DNA of 64,000 nt from Candidatus Latescibacterota bacterium (lineage in GTDB: Bacteria; Latescibacterota; UBA2968): positions 7,616,001 to 7,680,000 of the forward strand of contig OZ240241.1 of assembly GCA_965198115.1 (NCBI GenBank), written 5' to 3'. Within the stretch, counting starts at the first letter, position 1. Each line of letters begins with the position of its first letter. Positions 41,860 through 52,011 of this stretch are shown here, piece by piece. Made by a program: the position numbers and the translations under genes. The notes below the pieces were generated by a model. It was not told where the DNA came from, ran no database searches, and saw only the letters and a program-made list of their open reading frames with translations.

Positions 41860-43434
41860 CTATGGCGACTGTCCAAAGGATCGCGCGAAACTCAGAAAGT
41901 CTGGGAATCCCACAGACCCATCCTCATCCAGGTCATAGAGCGATCGATATCCCGGGTCGCCGGAACGCGTGCCGAACGACGACGCGAAGAAAAGGAAATC
42001 GTCGAAGTCCACCATCCCGCTGCTGTCAAAGTCCGCCTTGCGGATCTTGGCAGGATCCCCTTCGTCCTCCTGGAAGGACAGGCGAATCCTCGCCCACGTT
42101 TCCTCGGTTCCGACCGAACCCGGTTCATCTACCGTCACCACGTGACGACCGCGCAGGGACAGCCCACCGATCCCCTCGAGCTTGGGTAGAGCCGCTTCGA
42201 CCACCACAGAGTCACCGGGCGCCAAAGATCGTTCCCACAGCGCATCCGTAAAGCCCCTGCCATCCGACCACCGCCAAACGTCCCCCCGACTGTCCGAGAG
42301 AACAAGATCGAATTCCTCCCCCGAGCGATACATCATTCTGAGCCTGTCTCTCGTAAGATTCCAGATCGCGTAGACGGCGACCACCGAGTCCCCTCGAGCC
42401 TGCACCCGAAGCGTTCGCCCAAGCCGGCGGATCGGAGGGACATCGGTCGAATCACCCACAACAACACGAATCGACGACTTTGTCTCCTCGAGGGTCAACC
42501 CGTTCGGCAATGCTCCATCGACCGTCAGGTAAGCATCTAGAACAAGAACACGGTCGGATACGGGACCGACCTGCCGCAGGTCAATCGTTTCCTCGAACCT
42601 GAACGTATCCTGTGAGGCGAACATCGTATCCAGCACGGTTGCAATGAAGAGCTTGTTCATGCCCCACGTCCACAGTCGACGCTCGGAAACAGGATCGACG
42701 ATCGCAAGGTCGTAGCGTTGCCCGCTCGGAAACCGAACCGGGATAGGCTCGCCAGACAGGTTCGTCAATTCATAAGAAACGTGTACACCATCGGTCGCCG
42801 TGTATCGGCGTCTGTCAGAACGAACTCGGACCCCGACCCTACGTTCTGGTTCCAGAAAAACAAGTCTCGCGAGTTCGTAACTCTGTGGGCCGGCGATCGT
42901 GATCTCCTGCCACTTGATCAGACCGACTGCCGGCGCGAACCAGAGATCTGTCGTCCCTGCGTCGGCCAGACCATCTCTCGGCCGCACCGCGAGATGGATC
43001 ACGTCAGAATACGTCCCAAGAGGGACCGAAAGTGTCGCACCACGATCCGCCACGGTAAACATCGATCCGCTCACCAGATCGTCATCCAATCCGGAAACCG
43101 TCCACGTTTCGCCGACGCTTGCTTCCAGATCTATCAGCAGCCGTCTTCCCCCATCCTTCACCTCGAACAGCTGGCCCGCCTCGGTCATACCAATGACGCG
43201 TGGGCCAAACGGTCCATCCCACCGGTAGAGATCAGCAACAGGATTCAGCGTCACGGTCCTCGCGATCTCCGTAGGCTGACCGACGAACGTGCTCGACAGC
43301 CCGTCACCCGTCGGGAAGTAGGGCGTTTGCGCCCCAGCGGGGTGAATCAGGAGCACCCACGCGATGAGAGTCGAGAACACACCTCCCCCGGTCCGAACCA
43401 AACGATTCACGAATAAATCCCTTCGAATAAGCAA
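41860..43434 (-). CDS. Secreted protein with two BsuPI-like Ig domains and a C-terminal dockerin/EF-hand
   Basis: Signal peptide; FPSGQRYDL..LWTW and SGEEFDL..VWRWSDGRGF; ADFDSSGMVDFDDF..DLDEDGSVGFPDF. Confidence 0.78.
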   Translation of the reverse strand: MLIRRDLFVNRLVRTGGGVFSTLIAWVLLIHPAGAQTPYFPTGDGLSSTFVGQPTEIARTVTLNPVADLYRWDGPFGPRVIGMTEAGQLFEVKDGGRRLLIDLEASVGETWTVSGLDDDLVSGSMFTVADRGATLSVPLGTYSDVIHLAVRPRDGLADAGTTDLWFAPAVGLIKWQEITIAGPQSYELARLVFLEPERRVGVRVRSDRRRYTATDGVHVSYELTNLSGEPIPVRFPSGQRYDLAIVDPVSERRLWTWGMNKLFIATVLDTMFASQDTFRFEETIDLRQVGPVSDRVLVLDAYLTVDGALPNGLTLEETKSSIRVVVGDSTDVPPIRRLGRTLRVQARGDSVVAVYAIWNLTRDRLRMMYRSGEEFDLVLSDSRGDVWRWSDGRGFTDALWERSLAPGDSVVVEAALPKLEGIGGLSLRGRHVVTVDEPGSVGTEETWARIRLSFQEDEGDPAKIRKADFDSSGMVDFDDFLFFASSFGTRSGDPGYRSLYDLDEDGSVGFPDFLSFARSFGQSP

Positions 43435-43602
43435 CTGTTTATAAGTAGATTAGGGAACGTTCTGTCTGACCGCCCTTTGTGCATCCTTTAAATTTCCGCA
43501 ATCCTGTTTGGTTCCAGTCGGCTCGGAAACACAAAGAACCCTTTTCGCAATCGGCCACGTCGTCTATATTCGGGGGACGATTTCCGCCACCTGGAGGACT
43601 GA

Positions 43603-44457
43603 GTGATGCTGACCGAGCAGAAGATCGACTTCTACCACGAGAATGGCTACCTCGGCGTCGAGAATGTTCTCTCCGACTCCGATGTCGAGGAGCTACGGCA
43701 GGTTACCGACGAATTCGTCGAAAAATCACGCGACGTAACCGAACACACGACCGTCTTCGACCTGGAGCCGGGTCACACACGCGAAGAGCCGAGGCTGCGG
43801 AGAATCAAGAGCCCTATGCTGCAGGACGACCGATATCGCAAGGTGCTTAGCCATCCGAACATTCTCACGATCGTCTCGCAGCTGATCGGCTACGGCCTTC
43901 GATGCAACGGCAACAAACTGAACATGAAGTTGCCCGAGTTCGGTAGCCCCGTCGAATGGCATCAGGATTGGGCGTTCTACCCTCACACGAACGACGACCT
44001 GTTGGCCGTTGGGGTCTGCATCGACGACATGACGATTGAAAACGGGGCCCTTCTCGTCGTACCGGGTTCTCACAGGGGACCTATTTACGATCATCATATA
44101 GACGGGCACTTCTGTGGTGCCATCACCGATCCGTCGTTCGACGAGAAAGGCGCCGTACCCGTCGAGCTCAAGGCAGGCGGCATCTCCATTCACCACGTGC
44201 GAGCGGTGCACGGGTCGACACCCAATCGATCCGAACATCCACGCAGATTACTCCTGTATCAGTACTGCGCGATCGATGCGTGGCCTCTCGGATTGTTCAA
44301 GGACTGGGATACTTTCAATGCGACGATCGTTCGCGGCGAGGAGACGAACGTTCCACGCGTGACGGAGGTGCCCGTCCGTATGCCGTTTCCGGCCGCTCTG
44401 CGAGGTGGATCGATCTACGAAAACCAGACCGTGCTCGACAAGCGGGTTCTAGGTTAG
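43603..44457 (+). CDS. PhyH-family dioxygenase
   Basis: WHQD, VPGSH, HGSTPN. Confidence 0.9.
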   Translation: MMLTEQKIDFYHENGYLGVENVLSDSDVEELRQVTDEFVEKSRDVTEHTTVFDLEPGHTREEPRLRRIKSPMLQDDRYRKVLSHPNILTIVSQLIGYGLRCNGNKLNMKLPEFGSPVEWHQDWAFYPHTNDDLLAVGVCIDDMTIENGALLVVPGSHRGPIYDHHIDGHFCGAITDPSFDEKGAVPVELKAGGISIHHVRAVHGSTPNRSEHPRRLLLYQYCAIDAWPLGLFKDWDTFNATIVRGEETNVPRVTEVPVRMPFPAALRGGSIYENQTVLDKRVLG

Positions 44458-44465
44458 GAGTGGTG

Positions 44466-45230
44466 GTGGCCTATCTCGACCCATCGTCAGTCGCACACTA
44501 CAACGAAAAGGGATTCGTCCTCGTACGTGATGTCTTTACGGCCGAGGAGGTCGAGATTATGCTCGATGCCGTCGAGTCGGGCGATCGGGTTGCCGACACG
44601 ACCAAAGGCCGTCTCGATGGGGATGGTCTCACGTCCCGTCTCGCCATCTGGCACGACCTGGGCAACGACGTGTGGACCGCGGTTTCGACCTCTCCCCGCA
44701 TCGTCAACAGCATCCGAATCCTCCTCGGCGAAGAAGCCGCGTTCTTCCACGGCAAAATCGTTTTCAAGGACGCCCACGAAGGCGGCGCTTGGGAGTGGCA
44801 CCAGGACTACGGCTACTGGTACAACCAGGGCTTCGCCTTTCCACGAATGATCAGTGCCTCGATCGCGCTCGACCCCGCGACAATCCAGAACGGATGTTTG
44901 CAGGTGCTTCCCGGATCGCACCATCTGGGGCGCCTTGACCACGGTCGCGTCGGCGACCAGACGGGCATCGACAAGAATCGCCTGGATGCTGTCGTGCCCC
45001 TCTTCGAGCCCCTACACTGCGAGATGAATTCTGGCGACGCGCTCTTCTTCCATTGCAACCTGCTTCATACATCCGAAGCCAATCTGTCGGACCGTCCGAG
45101 ACGATCTTACATCATCTGCTACAATGCGCTGACCAATCCTCAGTTCGCGGAGACGCAGACGTCAGACCATCGGCCTTGTCCTGTGTCGTCCGACGACTCC
45201 ATCCTGAAAGCCGGCGAAATCCTCGTCTGA
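44466..45230 (+). CDS. PhyH/ectoine hydroxylase-like dioxygenase
   Basis: GTG start after AGGAG; WEWHQDYGYW, NGCLQVLPGSH, LLHTS. Confidence 0.9.
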   Translation: MAYLDPSSVAHYNEKGFVLVRDVFTAEEVEIMLDAVESGDRVADTTKGRLDGDGLTSRLAIWHDLGNDVWTAVSTSPRIVNSIRILLGEEAAFFHGKIVFKDAHEGGAWEWHQDYGYWYNQGFAFPRMISASIALDPATIQNGCLQVLPGSHHLGRLDHGRVGDQTGIDKNRLDAVVPLFEPLHCEMNSGDALFFHCNLLHTSEANLSDRPRRSYIICYNALTNPQFAETQTSDHRPCPVSSDDSILKAGEILV

Positions 45231-45247
45231 GTTCTGATTCACAAACA

Positions 45248-45288
45248 GAAATCGCCCCCGACGCCGAGACCGGCATCGGGGGCGTTTC
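45248..45288. terminator. Intrinsic terminator-like hairpin between convergent genes
   Basis: CGCCCCCGACGCCG-AGAC-CGGCATCGGGGGCG-TTTC. Confidence 0.65.
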
Positions 45289-45326
45289 ATTATCCCCTCC
45301 CCCCCGAGGACGAAAGGTAGATCCAA

Positions 45327-47711
45327 TCAGGGATGCATCAAAGATCCAAGGAGAGCACGCAGGGGTGCGGGCAACCACGAGTGATTCGGACTATCTGCGT
45401 AAACCCGACGAGATGCGGTCAGGACACGCGCGGGCAATGAGGCGTCGTCGAACGTCACACCGCCCCTCGATCCCGAACGTGGCGTTCGCACCGGTCGCGA
45501 TAGGTCTAAAAACCATCTCGGCGATCGGACCGTCTCCGGCAGTTGAACGCCCCTCTGTAATCGCACTGCCCAGAACGACCCTGCCGGGGGCCTCGTCGTG
45601 AACGAGGAAGAGGGGCGCGTAGGCACCGTTGCTCTCCAGCAGACTCACACGAGGAGCACGTGCGCCCACAAACTCGAATTGCGATGGATCGAACGAGAGC
45701 GTGAAACCCCAACCACGCACGTCTTCGGCCCCTTCGAGCGTGGCCCGTAGAGTCAGACGCCCATCACCATCGTCTCCGACGCGCAGCGACATCCGACCGG
45801 TGCCCTGGGCCGGAGTTGCCGGTTTGGCCGCAGCACTCGAGGGTGCGTCGACCGCGATTCGTCCGAAGTTCGCGGAGAACAGCAGGAAATCAACAAATCC
45901 GATCCGTCCGTCGCCGTCCAGGTCGGCACCCTGTAGATAGCTCACATCCGAGGCGGTCGCTCCAAAAGCCTGCGAGAAATGCAGAAAGTCATTGAAGTCC
46001 ACGCGGGGGTCCACATCGGCCGCGATCAAGCCCTTGATTTCAGCACCCGTCGCGTCGTGGTAGATCGTCACGCTGCCTTCTACGACCAGTGCGAGGCTGC
46101 CGGTCAGGCGAGGCTCGAAGACCGCGTGCTCCGAATCGATCAACAGAACGTCGATCAAGGGCAACTCGCTCGTCACGTTCTTCAGCGCGCGAAGTCGGAT
46201 CGTGGCAAGCGAACCTTCACCCGAAGCACCGCCTGGCCGAGGATCGAATTCACGATCCCGAGGTCCCCGTCCAGCAGTCGACCGGCCATATCGGCGTTGT
46301 ACTGGGCAAAGACATCCCCACGAGACGTCACGTCCACGAACGCGAACGCCGTCGGGTCGAAGATGAGGCGGAGCTGATAAGTGTGCATCTGCACGAACCC
46401 CTCGGCCTCGATTGTCACGTCGAACAAATCGCCGACTCGAACCGCCATCTCGGGCCCCACCATCCGTACCACCGGATCCGGATCCCCCAGCAACGACCGC
46501 TTGAATGTCGGGAAAACGGGTTTGATTCCCGATACCCCCGTGTTGTTCGTGACGTTTGCGGCAGCAAAGTCTCGATCCGTCGCGTTGATCACACCATCTC
46601 GGTTCACGTCGGTGATCGCACTGTAGAGACTGTCGCCAATCTGTTCGAACAGCGCCTGGTGATCGCGTTGAGATCGCTTGCGTCGATCACGTTGTTTGGG
46701 ATGCTCGAACCCGTGCTGTCGTTGAAACCGGCCACGTCGCCGGCCAACAGGAATCCGCGGTCGACATAATCTCCATCGATCACAGGCTGCACGCCGGGCA
46801 GGCTGAAGCCCGGATTGACATCGAGTGTGTCGTGACCGGCCAGATGGCGGTCCAACTTGGCGACGAGGATGAATCTCCCGGACGGAACGCTGTTCAGCAC
46901 GAACTGTCCGTCGACGCCCGTTGTGATGACCTGTACTCCATCGCGATCGGGGTCAGTGTCGTTCAGCAAGAAAAACGGGTCGTCGACTTCGCCGTAACTA
47001 CCCACCTCACGCAGGAAGAAATCGACCGTGTCGGCGGATACGGCCCGCCCCTGGAGGGGGACTGTACCTGTCACCACACCACGTGGCACGATCGTCACAT
47101 TGATTGGGGGTGGTACGCCTGCTACAATGTCGGTGATCGTCTGATCGAGCATCCGGGTTCGGCGGGGATCCTGGTTATCGATCGAAATGTTCGACGCTAC
47201 CGCCGGGCTACCGGACAGCGTCTTGGCCTTGAAGTTCGCAAACGCGCGCCTGCACGCCGTCGAAGAAGGTGAGACCCGTGGTCTGATCCGTGTAGATGAA
47301 CTCGTAGGTCAGAACGCCGTTCACGACTTGTGCAATCTGGTCGACGTTCGAGGCACTCAGCTGCGTGTTAGTCCCGAGCGTGAACGGCTGAATGCCCGAT
47401 GTGCTCGCATCCGTATCGATCGCTTCGAACAGATCGTTATCCAGCGACATGAAGATGTTGACGATATCGATTCGTCGGCCGGTCGCACTCCCGTCGTCAG
47501 GCACGATAGGTACGCTGAGAGTGTCGTCCTCTACCGCGAAGAGTTTCGGCGGTACGATGAAGCGTGCAGAAGTCGCCGGACTCGCGGGTACCACGCCCGT
47601 AAAGGTGATCCGACCGGGCGCCTTGACGAGTGGCGAGAACCCAAGGAAGTTCGCGGGCTGACCACCCGAAATACCGAAGTCCCCGTTCTCGATCCCGAGA
47701 TACACGAAGTA
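45327..47711 (-). pseudogene. 5'-truncated, multiply frameshifted cohesin/dockerin surface protein
   Basis: Consecutive ORF fragments with cohesin-like (YQLRLIFDPTAF, WGFTLSFDPSQF) and dockerin-like (DVNRDGVINATD, DLDGDGRIGFVDF) motifs; cut at the ISAzo13 IR. Confidence 0.75.
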
Positions 47712-47769
47712 AGGGTTTGCCACGAAATAAGTGCTGCACTTTTCAAGGTAATGATCTTACGCTCGGAGT

Positions 47770-48978
47770 GTGGACGTCGAAACTCTCCGAACGAAGTATG
47801 AAGCCTTGGCTCCGGTGCTGACGGAACGCACGCGTCGTCTGTGGGCCGCCACGGAAGCCGAAGCGTTGGGTCACGGTGGGATCGCGATTGTGGCTCTGGC
47901 GACAGGAATGTCCAGAGAGCGGATCTTTCGTGGCATTCAGGAGTTGAGGTCGGACGAACCTTTGGACCCGGCTCGCATCCGGCGTCCAGGCGGCGGTCGT
48001 AAGCGGAAGGCCGACACGGACCCGACGCTGTGGCAGGACCTGAATGATCTGGTCGAGCCAACGACTGCGGGGTCGCCTGACGACAATCCTCTGAGATGGA
48101 CATCGAAGAGCACTCGCAAACTGGCCGCCGAGTTGCAAGCGATGGGGCATTCGGTGAGCCCCAGGATCGTTGCCAATCTCCTGCACGAACACGATTACAC
48201 GCTGCAGGCGAATCGGAAGACAAGGGAGGGATCTGCACACCCGGATCGGGACGCTCAGTTCGTTTACCTCGATGATCGGATTAGCCAGCAGCAGCAGCAG
48301 GGCCTTCCCGTTATCTCGGTGGACACCAAGAAGAAAGAGTTGATCGGCGACTTCAAGAATCCTGGCCGAGAATGGCGACCCAAGGGAGACCCGGAGCGTG
48401 TGAAGGTACACGATTTCATAGTGCCTGCTCAGGGCAAGGCGATCCCTTATGGAGTGTATGATCTGAGCCGTGATGAAGGCTGGGTAAGTGTCGGTATCGA
48501 TCACGACACGGCCAGCTTCGCCGTGAATGCGATCCGAAGTTGGTGGAAGAACATGGGACGGCCCGCCTACGGCACTTCGACGCATCTGCTAATCACGGCG
48601 GACGCAGGCGGCAGCAACGGCGCCAAGACGCGGCTGTGGAAGTGGGAGCTGCAGCGCTTTGCGAATCGCACTGGCCTGACGATCACCGTATGCCACTACC
48701 CTCCTGGCACTAGTAAGTGGAACAAGATCGAACATCGCCTGTTCTCCTTCATCGCTATGAACTGGCAAGGCAAGCCCCTGGTCAGCCTGGCTGCAACCGT
48801 GAATCTCATTGCCGGAACGACCACTCAAGCCGGTCTCCGAGTACGCTCCGAGATCGACAAGCGACCCTACCCTAACGGGGTCAAGGTGACCGATGAACAG
48901 ATGACCCAAATCGATCTCACTCCGCACGATTTCCACGGCGACTGGAACTACACGATCCGGCCAATGGCTCAACATTGA
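47770..48978 (+). CDS. ISAzo13 family transposase
   Basis: RIRRPGGGRK, HPDRDAQF, ISVDTKKKE, ITADAGGSN, PPGTSKWNKIEHRLF, FHGDWNY. Confidence 0.95.
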   Translation: MDVETLRTKYEALAPVLTERTRRLWAATEAEALGHGGIAIVALATGMSRERIFRGIQELRSDEPLDPARIRRPGGGRKRKADTDPTLWQDLNDLVEPTTAGSPDDNPLRWTSKSTRKLAAELQAMGHSVSPRIVANLLHEHDYTLQANRKTREGSAHPDRDAQFVYLDDRISQQQQQGLPVISVDTKKKELIGDFKNPGREWRPKGDPERVKVHDFIVPAQGKAIPYGVYDLSRDEGWVSVGIDHDTASFAVNAIRSWWKNMGRPAYGTSTHLLITADAGGSNGAKTRLWKWELQRFANRTGLTITVCHYPPGTSKWNKIEHRLFSFIAMNWQGKPLVSLAATVNLIAGTTTQAGLRVRSEIDKRPYPNGVKVTDEQMTQIDLTPHDFHGDWNYTIRPMAQH

Positions 48979-48996
48979 GATCGACCGTTTATTTAT

Positions 48997-50416
48997 GGCT
49001 ATATCTGGATCTCTCAACGAGATGAAGTGGGTGAAGGTGCCGTGGTTCCTGGCATGGGGGCGCGGTTAGCGTGTGCGGAACCTCTTCGGAATCTGCTCAG
49101 GGATGTTTATGTCTCCGACGGTAAGGAAGATCATATCGTTGAATGCGTCGAGTGTGCGGAATCCGCTGGCTCGGTTCTTGACGATTTGGACGATTCGGTT
49201 GAGGCCTTCGGCGATGGCGTTGGTAAGACGCGTGTTCACGAATGCGAGGACGCCGAAGAAGTGCTGTCGCAGGGTCCTGACGAACTTTCGCAGGGGTTCA
49301 AGTCGACTTCTGAGTGCGGACGTCGTCCAGCATTTCAGGAAGCGTTCGGCAGCCCAGGGCGCTTTGTATTCCCAGAACTGCTCGAACTCGTCCTTGAGTC
49401 TCCAGGCTCTATAGATTCGGTAGTTCGCCTTCTCCAGTGCTTTGAGTGTCCGAGTATCCCCTCTGGAGCGTGTCGCTGAGTGCCGGTAGAGGAGCCATCG
49501 GAGGCCCTTCATGGCTTTGCGCTCATCCGGGGCAGCTTTACGCCACTGGTCCTTACGGACCTCGTCAACGGCGGCATTGAGAGCCTTGACGATGTGAAAG
49601 CGATCGAGGACCAGCTTGGCATTCGGACAGTGTTCCTGGATGGCTCCGATGTAAGCTTCGCTCATGTCGCAGCAGGCCCACTCGATCTTGGATCTCTGGT
49701 AGGGACTGAGAGCCTCTGTGAAGAACCGATCGATCGTTTTACGCGCCCTGCCGCGGCCAACCCACACCACGCAGGAGCGGTCCAGATCGTAAACGAGCGT
49801 GGCGTACCTGTGACGCTTGGCGTAGGAGATCTCGTCGATCCCGATGGTTTTGAGCCCTCGGATACGATGACCTTCACGAAGCCGCGTGATGGATCGGTGA
49901 CGGAGATCCGACAGCGTCGAGGCAGAGATGCGCAGTAACTCGGACGCCGCCTTCTGCGTCATGGTCTGGCAGTAGCGCAGCATGGCATACTCGAAGCGAT
50001 ACGTCACCCGAGAGAACCGCTCCGCCCACGGAATCTCCTCGACCACACGACCGTGGGTAGGACACCGAATCTCCCGAGGATGGTAGAGAAGCCAGACCCT
50101 CCACCCGCACACCGGAATGTCACGCCACCGACGCGGATGGGGCATTGTGCGGACGATTTTACCTCGACGGCCGCACTCCGGACAACAACAACCATTCTTA
50201 TGTGGCTTTACGGCGATGACGAAACAGCTTCTCCCCTCAAACCACCAGCTGACAACACGGAACCCCTTGAATCTCAGCAGTTTCGATAGTAATCTGCTCC
50301 CGGTCATAGGTCGCACCCCCTTCGCTTTGATTGTCCTACACACACAACCAAGCGTAGGGAACGATCTATGACCTTGTCATTCTATAGTTTCACCGTTGAG
50401 AAACCCGGATAGAGCC
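48997..50416 (-). mobile_element. ISL3 element, copy 1 (1420 bp)
   Basis: IRs GGCT(A/C)TATC..TCTCAACG; left TSD TTATTTAT at 48989-48996. Confidence 0.93.
49066..50343 (-). CDS. ISL3 family transposase
   Basis: CPECG, IGIDEIS, CDMSEAY, DRFHIV, TNAIAEGLN; the true start may be ATG 50307. Confidence 0.95.
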   Translation of the reverse strand: MCRTIKAKGVRPMTGSRLLSKLLRFKGFRVVSWWFEGRSCFVIAVKPHKNGCCCPECGRRGKIVRTMPHPRRWRDIPVCGWRVWLLYHPREIRCPTHGRVVEEIPWAERFSRVTYRFEYAMLRYCQTMTQKAASELLRISASTLSDLRHRSITRLREGHRIRGLKTIGIDEISYAKRHRYATLVYDLDRSCVVWVGRGRARKTIDRFFTEALSPYQRSKIEWACCDMSEAYIGAIQEHCPNAKLVLDRFHIVKALNAAVDEVRKDQWRKAAPDERKAMKGLRWLLYRHSATRSRGDTRTLKALEKANYRIYRAWRLKDEFEQFWEYKAPWAAERFLKCWTTSALRSRLEPLRKFVRTLRQHFFGVLAFVNTRLTNAIAEGLNRIVQIVKNRASGFRTLDAFNDMIFLTVGDINIPEQIPKRFRTR

Positions 50417-50424
50417 ATTTTTTT

Positions 50425-51844
50425 GGCTATATCCGGATCTCTCAACGAGATGAAGTGGGTGAAGGTGCCGTGGTTCCTGGCATGGGGGCGCGGTTAGAGT
50501 GTGCGGAACCTCTTCGGAATCTGCTCAGGGATGTTTATGTCTCCGACGGTAAGGAAGATCATATCGTTGAATGCGTCGAGTGTGCGGAATCCGCTGGCTC
50601 GGTTCTTGACGATTTGGACGATTCGGTTGAGGCCTTCGGCGATGGCGTTGGTAAGACGCGTGTTCACGAATGCGAGGACGCCGAAGAAGTGCTGTCGCAG
50701 GGTCCTGACGAACTTTCGCAGGGGTTCAAGTCGACTTCTGAGTGCGGACGTCGTCCAGCATTTCAGGAAGCGTTCGGCAGCCCAGGGCGCTTTGTATTCC
50801 CAGAACTGCTCGAACTCGTCCTTGAGTCTCCAGGCTCTATAGATTCGGTAGTTCGCCTTCTCCAGTGCTTTGAGTGTCCGAGTATCCCCTCTGGAGCGTG
50901 TCGCTGAGTGCCGGTAGAGGAGCCATCGGAGGCCCTTCATGGCTTTGCGCTCATCCGGGGCAGCTTTACGCCACTGGTCCTTACGGACCTCGTCAACGGC
51001 GGCATTGAGAGCCTTGACGATGTGAAAGCGATCGAGGACCAGCTTGGCATTCGGACAGTGTTCCTGGATGGCTCCGATGTAAGCTTCGCTCATGTCGCAG
51101 CAGGCCCACTCGATCTTGGATCTCCGGTAGGGACTGAGAGCCTCTGTGAAGAACCGATCGATCGTTTTACGCGCCCTGCCGCGGCCAACCCACACCACGC
51201 AGGAGCGGTCCAGATCGTAAACGAGCGTGGCGTACCTGTGACGCTTGGCGTAGGAGATCTCGTCGATCCCGATGGTTTTGAGCCCTCGGATACGATGACC
51301 TTCACGAAGCCGCGTGATGGATCGGTGAAGGAGATCCGACAGCGTCGAGGCAGAGATGCGCAGCAACTCGGACGCCGCCTTCTGCGTCATGGTCTGGCAG
51401 TAGCGCAGCATGGCATACTCGAAGCGATACGTCACCCGAGAGAACCGCTCCGCCCACGGAATCTCCTCGACCACACGACCGTGGGTAGGACACCGAATCT
51501 CCCGAGGATGGTAGAGAAGCCAGACCCTCCACCCGCACACCGGAATGTCACGCCACCGACGCGGATGGGGCATTGTGCGGACGATTTTACCTCGACGGCC
51601 GCACTCCGGACAACAACAACCATTCTTATGTGGCTTTACGGCGATGACGAAACAGCTTCTCCCCTCAAACCACCAGCTGACAACACGGAACCCCTTGAAT
51701 CTCAGCAGTTTCGATAGTAATCTGCTCCCGGTCATAGGTCGCACCCCCTTCGCTTTGATTGTCCTACACACACAACCAAGCGTAGGGAACGATCTATGAC
51801 CTTGTCATTCTATAGTTTCACCGTTGAGAAACCCGGATAGAGCC
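50425..51844 (-). mobile_element. ISL3 element, copy 2 (1420 bp)
   Basis: Near-identical to copy 1; right TSD TTATTTAT at 51845-51852. Confidence 0.93.
50494..51771 (-). CDS. ISL3 family transposase
   Basis: Same motifs as copy 1; 3 amino-acid differences. Confidence 0.95.
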   Translation of the reverse strand: MCRTIKAKGVRPMTGSRLLSKLLRFKGFRVVSWWFEGRSCFVIAVKPHKNGCCCPECGRRGKIVRTMPHPRRWRDIPVCGWRVWLLYHPREIRCPTHGRVVEEIPWAERFSRVTYRFEYAMLRYCQTMTQKAASELLRISASTLSDLLHRSITRLREGHRIRGLKTIGIDEISYAKRHRYATLVYDLDRSCVVWVGRGRARKTIDRFFTEALSPYRRSKIEWACCDMSEAYIGAIQEHCPNAKLVLDRFHIVKALNAAVDEVRKDQWRKAAPDERKAMKGLRWLLYRHSATRSRGDTRTLKALEKANYRIYRAWRLKDEFEQFWEYKAPWAAERFLKCWTTSALRSRLEPLRKFVRTLRQHFFGVLAFVNTRLTNAIAEGLNRIVQIVKNRASGFRTLDAFNDMIFLTVGDINIPEQIPKRFRTL

Positions 51845-51863
51845 TTATTTATTCGCGAACCCT

Positions 51864-51893
51864 TACTGCAGGGATGTAAACGACTCGAGCCAT
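51864..51893 (-). pseudogene. Orphaned 5' end of a gene (MARVVYIPAV, MoaD/ThiS-like start)
   Basis: GGAGG RBS and ATG at 51893, interrupted after 10 codons by the ISAzo13 IR; the family guess rests on 10 residues. Confidence 0.4.
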
Positions 51894-52011
51894 TTAGTCC
51901 TCCCGATGTTCTTTCTCAATCGCCTTGACTGTCGAGTTCTCGACATTACGGCGAGGTCATGGTCACGTAGTGCAGGGACGGTTCGCGAACCGTCCTACGA
52001 GATGACACTTT

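Larger units (their letters stand above)
47712..51863 (+). mobile_element. ISAzo13-family element with an ISL3 dimer nested in its right end
   Basis: Imperfect IRs AGGGTTTGCCACGAAATAA / TTATTTATTCGCGAACCCT; TA on both flanks. Confidence 0.8.

Noticed and set aside
48997-51844. Composite transposon
   Set aside because: The two ISL3 copies enclose only 8 bp and no cargo
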